Positions 28,811-38,355 are shown, counted from the first letter of the stretch. The stretch: DNA of 64,000 nt from Chitinophagales bacterium (GCA_035438465.1 DAORIK010000001.1:1719-65718); one strand, 5' to 3'. The notes: generated from the letters alone by a model not told the origin. Numbers and translations are program-made.

Positions 28811-30067
28811 ATGAATGGAGGTGATTTAACATTTGTGATTGCAACACCGGTTTTTCTTGGTATGGTAGTATTGGAATATTTTGCAATGCGCAAGAAAAAT
28901 AAAGATTATTATCATTTGAACGATGCCATAACCAACCTGAATATCGGTGTCGGTCATGTAGTTTCTAAGGTCATTGTTGGTGTCTTCCTGATTTGGATGT
29001 ATAAGTTGGTGTATGATAATTTTCGCATCATCACTATTGAACCCGGTGTTTTCTCCTTTATCTTTTGTCTGATTGCTTATGATTTCTTCTTTTATTGGGC
29101 ACATCGTTTTGGACATGAAATGAATATTTTCTGGGGGGCACATGGCGTGCATCACCAAAGCGAATATTATAACTTAACGGTGGCACTGCGTCAATCATGG
29201 ATACATGCGGTGCTGGCATTTTTCATTTTTTTGCCGATTCCTTTTTTGGGTATTGATACTGCAACTTTTTTCAGCATATTAAGTATAAATTCTTTTTATC
29301 AGTTCTGGATACATACCGATGTAGTGAAACGAATGCCGAAATGGTTTGAAGCAATTTTTAATTCACCGATGCACCACAGAGTGCATCATGGAAGAGATGC
29401 AAAATACATCGATAAGAATCATGCGGGAATGTTTATCATTTGGGATAAACTATTTGGAACTTATAAAGATGAAGAAGAAACGCCGAACTATGGTGTTACA
29501 AGACCAATCAATTCATGGAATCCGGTTTGGGCAAATGTAGAATATTATGTTGGCATGTATAAAAATGCAAAGCGTTTTTCTTCCGTGAAAGATAAACTCA
29601 AATATATTGTTGCAAAACCGGGCTGGCAACCGGAAGATGCAGGCGGAGTGATTCCTGTTCCCGTAGTAGAGAAAAACTATAAACCTTATGATGCAAGTCC
29701 AATTAACAAAGGACTGAGTTGGTACGTATTGGTGCAATTTTTATTTATCATTATCGGATTGGTGGCTTATTTATATCATTACGATAAGCTTCCAATGTTT
29801 TATAAAGTATTAGGCTATTTACTGGTGATGCTTTCTACCGTAATTTGCGGTGCCATTATGGAACAAAAAAACTGGGTGAAATATGCAGAATATGCTCGTT
29901 TGCTGATAGTTTTCGCTGGCTTGAATTCTTTATATTACATCAGTTTCAACGCATGGTTTTATATTATGCTGATACCTTCTGTTATCCTAACGGCATACTT
30001 CTTAGCATGGTTTACGTTGAATATGAATAATAAGTTTGTGTTTAAAAGCGTGGCTATAAGGAAATAA
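28811..30067 (+). CDS. fatty acid hydroxylase / sterol desaturase superfamily membrane protein with an extra C-terminal TM domain
   Basis: His boxes HRFGHE, HGVHHQ and HHRVHHG. 418 aa, with about four additional C-terminal TM helices. Confidence 0.75.
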   Translation: MNGGDLTFVIATPVFLGMVVLEYFAMRKKNKDYYHLNDAITNLNIGVGHVVSKVIVGVFLIWMYKLVYDNFRIITIEPGVFSFIFCLIAYDFFFYWAHRFGHEMNIFWGAHGVHHQSEYYNLTVALRQSWIHAVLAFFIFLPIPFLGIDTATFFSILSINSFYQFWIHTDVVKRMPKWFEAIFNSPMHHRVHHGRDAKYIDKNHAGMFIIWDKLFGTYKDEEETPNYGVTRPINSWNPVWANVEYYVGMYKNAKRFSSVKDKLKYIVAKPGWQPEDAGGVIPVPVVEKNYKPYDASPINKGLSWYVLVQFLFIIIGLVAYLYHYDKLPMFYKVLGYLLVMLSTVICGAIMEQKNWVKYAEYARLLIVFAGLNSLYYISFNAWFYIMLIPSVILTAYFLAWFTLNMNNKFVFKSVAIRK

Positions 30068-30206
30068 TCTTAATTCATTTGAAGAAAATTGCACTGGGCC
30101 TTGGTTCGTGTACAAATGAAACACTTGTATTTGTAAATCATTTCTTGCCACAAGACAAACTCTTTTAAGTTTCTAATAACTTACTTTGCACTTATAAAAT
30201 AAGAGT

Positions 30207-31086
30207 ATGCAAGTAGCCTTTGTAACCTACCATAAATTTCCTGATTTATATGAAGATGACCAATTAATACAGCAATATCTTGTACAAAAAGGTATTGATG
30301 TAATTCCTGTATGCTGGGACGACGAAACCGTAAAATGGGAACAATTCCATTGCATTATACTGCGCTCAATGTGGGATTATTTTGAACGACCCATTGAATT
30401 TGATAATTGGTTAGATAAATTAGCAGCACTCAACTGCAAAGTATTAAATCCGGTATCCGTTGTAAAATGGAATCAAAACAAAAATTACTTTGATGATTTT
30501 TCAAAGAAAGGAATTTTATTGCCTGCTTATATTATCTGTAAACAAAAAGAGAATCATTCTTTAAAACAAATTTTGCAAAATAACAATTGGAGTAAAGCAG
30601 TAGTAAAACCTGCTATTCCAGGCGGTGCTTACAATACATGGACGATTAATATAGGAACAGTTGAAAATGACGAAACACGTTTTACAGAATTAGTACAACA
30701 AGGCGATGTTATTGTTCAGAAATTTGTAGAAGAAATTGTTACAAAAGGTGAGTTTTCATTAATCTATTTTAACAAGAAATTCAGTCATGCTATTTGTAAA
30801 AAATGCAAAGCAAGGCGATTTCAGAGTACAGCTGCAATTTGGCGGAACTAATACAGTTATACAACCGGACGCAGCAATTTTAAAACAAGCAGCAGATTTA
30901 CTGAACAGTATTCCTGAAGCATTATTGTATGCAAGAGTAGATGGAGTAGTATTAAATGATGGCAAATTTCTGTTAATGGAATTGGAGTTAATAGAGCCTG
31001 TATTATTTGTTACTACTAACGAAACTGCTTGCGAGAATTTTTATAACGCATTTATAGAAATTAAAAATATAGAGGGATTAGTTTGA
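30207..31086 (+). pseudogene. ATP-grasp domain protein, split by a frameshift at an A6 run
   Basis: ORFs 30207-30851 and 30787-31086 are two halves of one protein (...GEFSLIYFNKKFSHAI / VKNAKQGDFRVQLQFGGT...). The frames join if one A is removed from A6 at 30798-30803. Confidence 0.6.
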
Positions 31087-31137
31087 ACTAAAACGAATAT
31101 CTTTTTATTAAGTAGTTTTCAATAAGTATATTCGTGC

Positions 31138-32001
31138 ATGCAAATCCATCTTATCAGAAATAAAATTATTGATTATCCATCAGGTTCTGCTTTAGAATTT
31201 TATAACAATATATTATATGTTGTCGGCGATGATGTAAATTATATTTTGTGTTTAGATGATGCATGGAATGAAATTAATCGACTGAAATTATTTGAATACG
31301 ATAGCGTCCGTATTCCTAAGCCAGAAAAACCTGATCTGGAATGTGCTACAATCATTGGGGATATGTTGTATGTAGCCGGTTCCGGCTCCAAATCGCCGCA
31401 ACGTGATGTAGCCTTTCTTGTCAATTTATCGGATAAGAAAATAAAAAGAATAAGTACCGCTGCATTTTATTCTATTTTCAGAGACAGAAACCTGATAAGA
31501 GAGATGAATATAGAAGGTTTTACAGATTGTAAAGATAAGCTCTTGTTTTTTAATCGCGGCAATACGCAACAGCCCAATCAATTAATTATTACTGATTATA
31601 ACATTTTAAAGAAACAATTTCCTTCTTCTTTTAAAGTAATGCCGGTAAGTATTGGAGCATTAAATAATATTTCTTTGGGAGTTTCCGGTGCGTGTTACCA
31701 TGAAAAAGACGATATTTTATTATTAACTGCATCTGCTGAAGATACAAATAATGCTTATGACGACGGAGAAATTATTGGCAGCACAATTGGTATAACATAT
31801 AATGCCTATCAAAAATTAAGCAACAAGGAATTTATTATTGATGAATCAACAGAACTGGAAAAAATTCATCCTGTTTTTGAAAAACAAAAGATAGAATCTG
31901 TTTGTATCACCAAACATACCGAAAGAAAATACACTTGTGTGTTGGTTGCAGATAACGATAACGGGAAATCAGAACTATTTGAAATAGAAGTTCAGATATA
32001 A
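31138..32001 (+). CDS. hypothetical protein (beta-rich, possibly propeller-like)
   Basis: 287-aa ORF with no signal peptide and no family recognised. Confidence 0.45.
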   Translation: MQIHLIRNKIIDYPSGSALEFYNNILYVVGDDVNYILCLDDAWNEINRLKLFEYDSVRIPKPEKPDLECATIIGDMLYVAGSGSKSPQRDVAFLVNLSDKKIKRISTAAFYSIFRDRNLIREMNIEGFTDCKDKLLFFNRGNTQQPNQLIITDYNILKKQFPSSFKVMPVSIGALNNISLGVSGACYHEKDDILLLTASAEDTNNAYDDGEIIGSTIGITYNAYQKLSNKEFIIDESTELEKIHPVFEKQKIESVCITKHTERKYTCVLVADNDNGKSELFEIEVQI

Positions 32002-32005
32002 AAAA

Positions 32006-32038
32006 ATCTTTTCCAAAGTTAAAAACTTTGGAAAAGAT
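32006..32038. terminator. bidirectional hairpin terminator between convergent genes
   Basis: ATCTTTTCCAAAGTT (32006-32020) pairs perfectly with AACTTTGGAAAAGAT (32024-32038). There is an A-run upstream. Confidence 0.7.
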
Positions 32039-32046
32039 AATCGTCG

Positions 32047-34683
32047 TTATTTCTTTAAATCCAAAGCGTTGTTTATTATGTATGCAAGATGCGCTCTGTG
32101 AGCTTGTGTTGATGCGTCGCTGCCGTATGGTGTTTCCATCCACGATAAAATACGCTGAACTTCACCAAATGCCGCTGATTTAGAAGTATAACTATAGGAT
32201 GATTTTGTATCTATTATATTTAATAATCTTCCGACATATTCTTCCTGCAAATTCTGACGAATAGTGGAAACAGATGCGCCCAAATCTTCCATAAAAATAC
32301 CATTGGTAACATCCTTGAGCATGGCATTCACACTATATTTATTGCCGTAATATTTACTGTCTGTTAAACGTTGCATTACTGTATTGTGTAATAATTGATC
32401 TAATACAGCACGCTGTATATTCAATACTCTATCGTGAATTTTGGGGTCTTCACTTTCTTTTCTGAAATCATAGCCTCTGCGTTGCATTTGCAGATAAGCA
32501 TAAATTTCATTCGGCACATTAAATGCACTTTTTGAAAAGGCATATTTGGATATGGCCTGCATAGCTCGTTTCTGTTCTGATAAAGGAACAACCGTAAAAG
32601 GCTTGCCTGAGGTATCCTGACCGACAAAATTTCTATTTACATAAACACCGCCAATATATCTGTCAATTACATTTAAACTGCGGGCATAATGGCCTGAAAG
32701 AATTAAATAAGCATTGCGCAGTTCGTGATATGATTTGTCCTGTGTGCTATATTTTGTTAGCAGTTTAGGTAATGCCTCATTTACCATCTTAATATTCCCT
32801 AAAGCATATCCAATTGCATCATTAGACATATCATAAATATTTGCACTCGGATCGATTCCTTTCCCAACAGAGCGCATATCATCTGCATCGTTTTTAAAAC
32901 GGTGCTCTTTTTTTACAGATTCAGACAGAATTTTTTGCAATGCAGCTTTTTCTTCTGCTTCATCTTCAATATTTATGTAACCATATTGAATAGCCCATTT
33001 ATCATAAGGACCCGGCTTAATATCAAAATACAAACCTTGTTTTGTTTTGTCTGTTGAGATATTGGGGATTGTATAATCCATTACAGAAGCTGTTAATCCT
33101 ACCGTTGCACCTAGAACAGGATCTTGCATTTGTTCTATGCTATGTAATTGTGAAGCAGTAAAATTATGCATCAACCCAAAAGTATGTCCTACTTCATGAA
33201 GTACCAAGTCATATAAAGCCTGTTTGATAAATTCATCTTTATCCATATCTGAAAATCCGTAAGCATTTAGCAGTTGTGTACCATACAAAATATTTTGATG
33301 CATGCCTTCACCGAATACACAATTTTCATAATTTAAATCAGTAGCAGGTTGCAAATTATCTAAAGCAGCAATTTCATATAATTTTTCCAATGGCAATCGG
33401 TTTGTCAGATACACAAATTCCAGCATAATGTCAGCACCAATGATTTCGCCGGTCCGCGGGTTTACAAAGCTTGGTCCATAGCCGCCATAAGGAGGTCTTG
33501 GAGAAGAAGTCCAGCGAATTACATTGTATCTGATGTCTTCCGCTTCCCAGCTTGCTGTATCCGGTTGTTCAAAACATTCAACAGCATTTTTAAATCCTGC
33601 AGATTCAAAGGCTTCATTCCAAGCGAGTACTGCATTGCGTATAATTGGCCTGAATTCTTTTGGAGTTGTTTTTTCAATCCACCATGTAATGGGCTTTACA
33701 GGCTCAGAGAGTTTGTCATTCGGATTTTTCTTTTCAAGATTCCATCTATGAATTAAATCCTTCCAAGGAACAGCATTGGTGGAAGTCTGATCTGTAATTT
33801 TTTCTATGAAATAACCAACCCGTGGGTCGTCATATCTTGGTTTGAATTTATTTTGAGGAACTTCAATTAAACTGTGCTGCATTTTTACAGAAATAAAACG
33901 TGCATCTGTTACTTCATCCGTGCCGGTATTTACAGGTAATGGATTTTCATAAATATATTCTACGGAAACATCTGTATTTTGAGGGTAATCTTTTACAGCA
34001 ATATATTTTGATTTTTTACTGCTGAGCGAGCCCATAGAAAATGCATCCGATTTATCCGAAGGTGATTTGGATGGTTTAATTTGTGTGATATTTTCACCGA
34101 GGAATAAATTATCAGCATCTATCAGATATGTTCTTTTCTTAGTTTTATCATCTGTACTTAGTGCAGCAATTTTTTCGGAAAGAAACAGAGGTTGATTAAT
34201 ATTAGCGTTTTCAGCTTTGCTTAATTCGTTATTTTTATCAAAATAATAACTGGTGTTTTGTAAAACAAAATCAATTCTGTCAAAATATCTTTGTATGGTA
34301 AATACAGAATTGTCTTTATAGCCGCCACGGGCATAACCTGCATCTAAAACACCATCAAGCACATATGCGAAGTAAATATATTCCTTGCCAATTTTATCTT
34401 CAGAAATTTCCAGGTAGGTTTTTCCGGTAGTTGTATCCTGATAAACATTGAAAAGCCCGCTGTATTTTCTGCATTTTTCAGTAACTTCTTTAATGGTTTT
34501 AAACTGTGGTTTATTGTCTTTTTTTGAGATAGTATCCTTTGGAGGTGTTTTTACTGAATCTGTCATGGTTTTAACAGCGACAGTATCATCTTCTTTTTTC
34601 TTTTTTTCTTTTTTAGCATACATATTTGCCGTCATAAAAAGGACAGCAGTTATAAGAATTAAACCTTGTTTGGGTGACTTCAT
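32047..34683 (-). CDS. secreted zinc-dependent metalloprotease (DUF5117/DUF4953-type)
   Basis: 878 aa with a signal peptide and zincin motif HEVGHTFGLMHNF. Confidence 0.8.
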   Translation of the reverse strand: MKSPKQGLILITAVLFMTANMYAKKEKKKKEDDTVAVKTMTDSVKTPPKDTISKKDNKPQFKTIKEVTEKCRKYSGLFNVYQDTTTGKTYLEISEDKIGKEYIYFAYVLDGVLDAGYARGGYKDNSVFTIQRYFDRIDFVLQNTSYYFDKNNELSKAENANINQPLFLSEKIAALSTDDKTKKRTYLIDADNLFLGENITQIKPSKSPSDKSDAFSMGSLSSKKSKYIAVKDYPQNTDVSVEYIYENPLPVNTGTDEVTDARFISVKMQHSLIEVPQNKFKPRYDDPRVGYFIEKITDQTSTNAVPWKDLIHRWNLEKKNPNDKLSEPVKPITWWIEKTTPKEFRPIIRNAVLAWNEAFESAGFKNAVECFEQPDTASWEAEDIRYNVIRWTSSPRPPYGGYGPSFVNPRTGEIIGADIMLEFVYLTNRLPLEKLYEIAALDNLQPATDLNYENCVFGEGMHQNILYGTQLLNAYGFSDMDKDEFIKQALYDLVLHEVGHTFGLMHNFTASQLHSIEQMQDPVLGATVGLTASVMDYTIPNISTDKTKQGLYFDIKPGPYDKWAIQYGYINIEDEAEEKAALQKILSESVKKEHRFKNDADDMRSVGKGIDPSANIYDMSNDAIGYALGNIKMVNEALPKLLTKYSTQDKSYHELRNAYLILSGHYARSLNVIDRYIGGVYVNRNFVGQDTSGKPFTVVPLSEQKRAMQAISKYAFSKSAFNVPNEIYAYLQMQRRGYDFRKESEDPKIHDRVLNIQRAVLDQLLHNTVMQRLTDSKYYGNKYSVNAMLKDVTNGIFMEDLGASVSTIRQNLQEEYVGRLLNIIDTKSSYSYTSKSAAFGEVQRILSWMETPYGSDASTQAHRAHLAYIINNALDLKK

Positions 34684-34741
34684 TTTTAGTTAATTTATTT
34701 GTGCAAAAATACCAATTTTAAATTGATTTTATATAAAGAAT

Positions 34742-34771
34742 AAAACCATCCTGAATTAGTAGGATGGTTTT
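34742..34771 (-). terminator. hairpin terminator at the end of the metal operon
   Basis: AAAACCATCCT (34742-34752) pairs with AGGATGGTTTT (34761-34771). On the minus strand it is followed by ATTCTTTAT. Confidence 0.6.
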
Positions 34772-34795
34772 ATAAAATATTACAGTAAACTGAGA

Positions 34796-35128
34796 TTATC
34801 TTTCATATTGACAGCACTTTGGCAGCTTGCCGTAGTCTTCTATTGTGGCTTTAAACTTTTGCGTGTCATAACCTGCTTTTGCAATGTTTTGTTCAACCTG
34901 ATCAATCGAAACTTTAGTTGGCACAAATGAAACAGTAAGGATATGTGTATCCTCATTCCATACAGCTGTCTTTAAACCTGCTGTCTTAGCTGCCTTTTCA
35001 ATTCTTTCTTTGCACATATCACAATTGCCTGAAACAATAAAAGAGGCTTTTGTTATTACTTCTTTTGCGAATGTCATTAAGCTAAAAAAGAAGAAAAGTA
35101 GGTTAAGGATTAGAATATTTTTCTTCAT
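34796..35128 (-). CDS. periplasmic heavy-metal-associated (HMA) domain protein
   Basis: Signal peptide, then a ferredoxin-like HMA fold with metal loop SGNCDMCKERIEKA. C-terminal PKCCQYER. Confidence 0.8.
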   Translation of the reverse strand: MKKNILILNLLFFFFSLMTFAKEVITKASFIVSGNCDMCKERIEKAAKTAGLKTAVWNEDTHILTVSFVPTKVSIDQVEQNIAKAGYDTQKFKATIEDYGKLPKCCQYER

Positions 35129-35223
35129 TTATTTAAAAATTATTTGCTTTTATCCATTTCCATGCCACATTAAGAACACTTTCAGGCTTTATCTGTAGCA
35201 TATCTTTTTTGCATTGGACAAAC

Positions 35224-35505
35224 TTAACTACCCGCTTCCTTTGTTTTTACAGAAACAGAATCTATAATTTTGTTAGATTTTTCTCCATCTTTTTTACAAC
35301 AAGCATCTTCTTTTTTGCTGCAAGATTTTCCTTCTTCTGCTTTACATTTGTCGCTGAATTTGTCGCAACAAGCTGAATCTTTGCAGCAACTTGCTTTTTC
35401 ACATGTCGAGCCGTCTTTACATTTTTTGTTATGACAGGCTGTAAATCCAATTAATGTAACTATCATCACCATAATAACAGTTACGATTGATTTTGTGTTG
35501 TTCAT
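35224..35505 (-). CDS. Cys-rich small lipoprotein (metallothionein-like)
   Basis: Lipobox GFTAC. I count 11 Cys in the ~70-residue mature part, including three CC pairs (ASCCKDSACCDK...DACCKKD). Confidence 0.6.
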   Translation of the reverse strand: MNNTKSIVTVIMVMIVTLIGFTACHNKKCKDGSTCEKASCCKDSACCDKFSDKCKAEEGKSCSKKEDACCKKDGEKSNKIIDSVSVKTKEAGS

Positions 35506-35526
35506 TTTATTTTGTTTTAATTGTTT

Positions 35527-37716
35527 TTAATTAATACTAATTCTAAAGCCACCATATACGCTTGCACCCATTACCGGTGCATATACCTGATAGGTATCAA
35601 AAAGTGTGCTAAAAGGTGTACCTAATATAACATTTTTTTGTCTGTAATTTGTTATATTTTCACAGCCGGCAAAAATTTCAGCATGTTTGAAATATTTTAA
35701 TATTTGCGCATTTAATAATACATAACGTGGTGTGTAACGTTTATCAGCTTCACCATCAAAACTATTCGGTAGTCTTCTTCTTCCATTTATGCTGGTGTTA
35801 ATATCAAACTGCCATTGCTGATTGGGTGTTTTATAGCTTAATACTACCAACCCTTTATTGAGCGCTTGTAATGGCTTTTGCAATAAAATTCCATGATAAG
35901 TGGAACGCACATCTTCAAGTCGATACGCCATTTTAAAGTCCAGTCCTTTTAATACTTCAAAGTTGAGCTCAATTAATAAACTGTTTGAAAATGATTTGCC
36001 ATGCAGATTTGAAATGGTTGCAGTGGCGTCCGCGTTGTCAATATCAATAATTGCTTGTTTTAGGAAATCAGTCCGGAAAAAATCAACAGCTAAACTTCCT
36101 TCGCGATTAAACAAATTAAATTTTTGGGTTAATGATAACCCGTAATTCCAGGCTAGTTCCTTAGTCGGATTTTCCTGAAAGATAATGCTTCTTGAGCTTG
36201 CCAGTAAGGACTGATTTTCCGTTAATAAATTAGGCACTCTAAAGCCGCTGCCGGCTGCAATGCGCAATGTGGTCTTATCTGTTAGTGAAAACTTAGCATG
36301 TACTCTCGGATTAAATTGAAAACCTGCGCGAGTATGATAATCACCGCGAATACCTGTGACGATAGTAATTTTTGAATTCCATTTGAACGTGTACTCGGCA
36401 AAAAGTCCGGGCACGAAATCATTTCGGTAGAATTGAAGTGAGTCTAATTTTTCATCTATTTTATCATACACAAAATTTATACCACCAACCAGAATATGAT
36501 TATCATTTTTAACTGTAGTCTGATATAAAATATTTCCGGTAAATGTTGCCTGTTTCGTATCAAAATTTTTCTTTCCATAATTAGATTTCTGCTGATGATA
36601 TACACCGGAAAATTGAGTACCTAAACTATTCTCTTCTGTAAAAATATACCCGGTTTTTGCAAAAGCTTCCACACGTTTGGTATTGATGTTGATGCCAAAT
36701 AATGGAATTGAATCTGAATGGTGATGTGTACTATGATTGATTTGACCGGCGATACGATTTTCACTCAATACTTTTATCATATACTGTCCTTCTGTTTTAT
36801 CTGAATGATAATTCCAGCGATTCAGAATATTGTATTGCTTCATCAACGGCTGATCCAGAAATCCATCGTGGTTCATATCTTGCTTTGCAGGTACAAAAGC
36901 CCCGTTTGCCATCAGCATTGTTCCGAGTTTTGGATTGATTTTATGATTAACCAGCAGGTTTGTTTCGATACGTACATTTTGATTGGCAAACATGTCGAAG
37001 AATAATTTAGCAGAGTCATTAAAACTACTTTTAAATTCCACATTCATAGAACCGGAAATACCTTCATAGCTGTTCTTTACAGAAGGAACACCTTTGGAAA
37101 CGGAGATAGACTTCATCCAGGGTGCAGGAATATTATCTAAACCAAAAGTAGAAGTCAGTCCACGTAAAATCGGAATTCCTTCCAATAGATTTTGCACATA
37201 GATTCCGCTAAGTCCTAAGAGCCTTATTTCTTTTGCACCCGTAACGGCATCACTGTAATTTACATCGGCAGAAGCATTTGCCTGGAAGCTTTCTGATAAA
37301 TTACAACAGGCCGCTTTTTTTAATTCTCCGGCTTCTATCTTTTCCGTCTTTATCGGATTAAGAGTTGAAATAAAATTGGTTTGACGCTTTCCGTTTATTT
37401 TTACTTCGCTTAGTTGAATCTCAGGCTCCAATTGAATTTTTATATCGGTAATCTTATTTATCAGAATTGTATCTGTCTGATAACCTACATAAGTTATTAT
37501 AATTGAATTGGGCAGTAGCTCAATTGTATCTAATTGGGCTACTCCAAATTCATCAGACGTAGCACCGATAATGGAATTTATCCATTGTACATTGGCACCA
37601 TATAAAAACTCTTTCGTCTTTTTATCGGTTACGGTTATTTTTATTTTTTGCTGGCTGAATACATATTGACTTATAAAAAACGTCAATAGTAAAAACCAGA
37701 AATCCAGTTTTTTCAT
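35527..37716 (-). CDS. TonB-dependent receptor with an N-terminal carboxypeptidase-regulatory-like domain
   Basis: 729 aa with a signal peptide and a CarbopepD_reg-like beta-sandwich. The plug region contains KKAACCNLSESFQANASADVNYSDAVTGAKEIRLLGL. C-terminal beta-barrel ends GGFRISIN. Confidence 0.85.
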   Translation of the reverse strand: MKKLDFWFLLLTFFISQYVFSQQKIKITVTDKKTKEFLYGANVQWINSIIGATSDEFGVAQLDTIELLPNSIIITYVGYQTDTILINKITDIKIQLEPEIQLSEVKINGKRQTNFISTLNPIKTEKIEAGELKKAACCNLSESFQANASADVNYSDAVTGAKEIRLLGLSGIYVQNLLEGIPILRGLTSTFGLDNIPAPWMKSISVSKGVPSVKNSYEGISGSMNVEFKSSFNDSAKLFFDMFANQNVRIETNLLVNHKINPKLGTMLMANGAFVPAKQDMNHDGFLDQPLMKQYNILNRWNYHSDKTEGQYMIKVLSENRIAGQINHSTHHHSDSIPLFGININTKRVEAFAKTGYIFTEENSLGTQFSGVYHQQKSNYGKKNFDTKQATFTGNILYQTTVKNDNHILVGGINFVYDKIDEKLDSLQFYRNDFVPGLFAEYTFKWNSKITIVTGIRGDYHTRAGFQFNPRVHAKFSLTDKTTLRIAAGSGFRVPNLLTENQSLLASSRSIIFQENPTKELAWNYGLSLTQKFNLFNREGSLAVDFFRTDFLKQAIIDIDNADATATISNLHGKSFSNSLLIELNFEVLKGLDFKMAYRLEDVRSTYHGILLQKPLQALNKGLVVLSYKTPNQQWQFDINTSINGRRRLPNSFDGEADKRYTPRYVLLNAQILKYFKHAEIFAGCENITNYRQKNVILGTPFSTLFDTYQVYAPVMGASVYGGFRISIN

Positions 37717-37768
37717 TTTTATATTTAACAGATGAGTAATATTGTTTATAAGACAATACGCTTATCCG

Positions 37769-38206
37769 TTAACAACGAAAGATTTGTAATTTTTGAGAAG
37801 AAGGTTGAAGTGCTGACTTTATATGATAAAGTTTGTTTGGCGGATGCAATCCTGAATAATAATTTTCAAAAATTTGATGATTGAACGGAGACAGATTATT
37901 GGTAAATAATTTAGAATTAAATTGTTTTTCTAATGGTTTTATTTGCAACTGCTTTGCTGTAAAACCCTCAACGGAAAGCTTGCTGAATATTTGAGTGTGA
38001 GTACAGCAATCATCTTTCTTCTTATAACCCATCTTTTCACAACAAGGAGAAAGAGGTGCTTCATTTTCACAGGTCGGGTCAGTAAATAAGCAAAAGCTAC
38101 GCGTATTCGAAGTATTACAAATATGTTCAAAGGCAGCTATGCCATTACTCGCTGTAAAAACAAGCATAGCTAATAATAATGCCGATGTATTAATTTTGTA
38201 TTTCAT
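37769..38206 (-). CDS. small exported His/Cys-rich protein (resembles the HYC_CC_PP-type family as I remember it)
   Basis: The ATG at 38206 gives MKYKINTSALLLAMLVFTASNGIAAFEHICNTS... with motifs HIC, PCCEKM, DDCCTH and HPP. The track start at 38257 is TTG. Confidence 0.5.
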   Translation of the reverse strand: MKYKINTSALLLAMLVFTASNGIAAFEHICNTSNTRSFCLFTDPTCENEAPLSPCCEKMGYKKKDDCCTHTQIFSKLSVEGFTAKQLQIKPLEKQFNSKLFTNNLSPFNHQIFENYYSGLHPPNKLYHIKSALQPSSQKLQIFRC

Positions 38207-38355
38207 TTTCTTAATTCCAAAATACACATTCAGAATAGTATTCAAATTTACTATCAATTATTGGTTACTGCTGCTGAAAAATGTTTATATATAGTTAAAA
38301 TTCTTTTCGGTAAAATGTTCAGAACTTATTTTACCTTTAATTAAGTTTGGTACAA

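Noticed and set aside
35262-35450. 62-aa alternative-frame ORF inside the Cys-rich lipoprotein gene
   Set aside because: It has no signal peptide or start context. The 93-aa frame has a lipobox and a coherent Cys pattern. The conflict is still noted as a caveat for that call.
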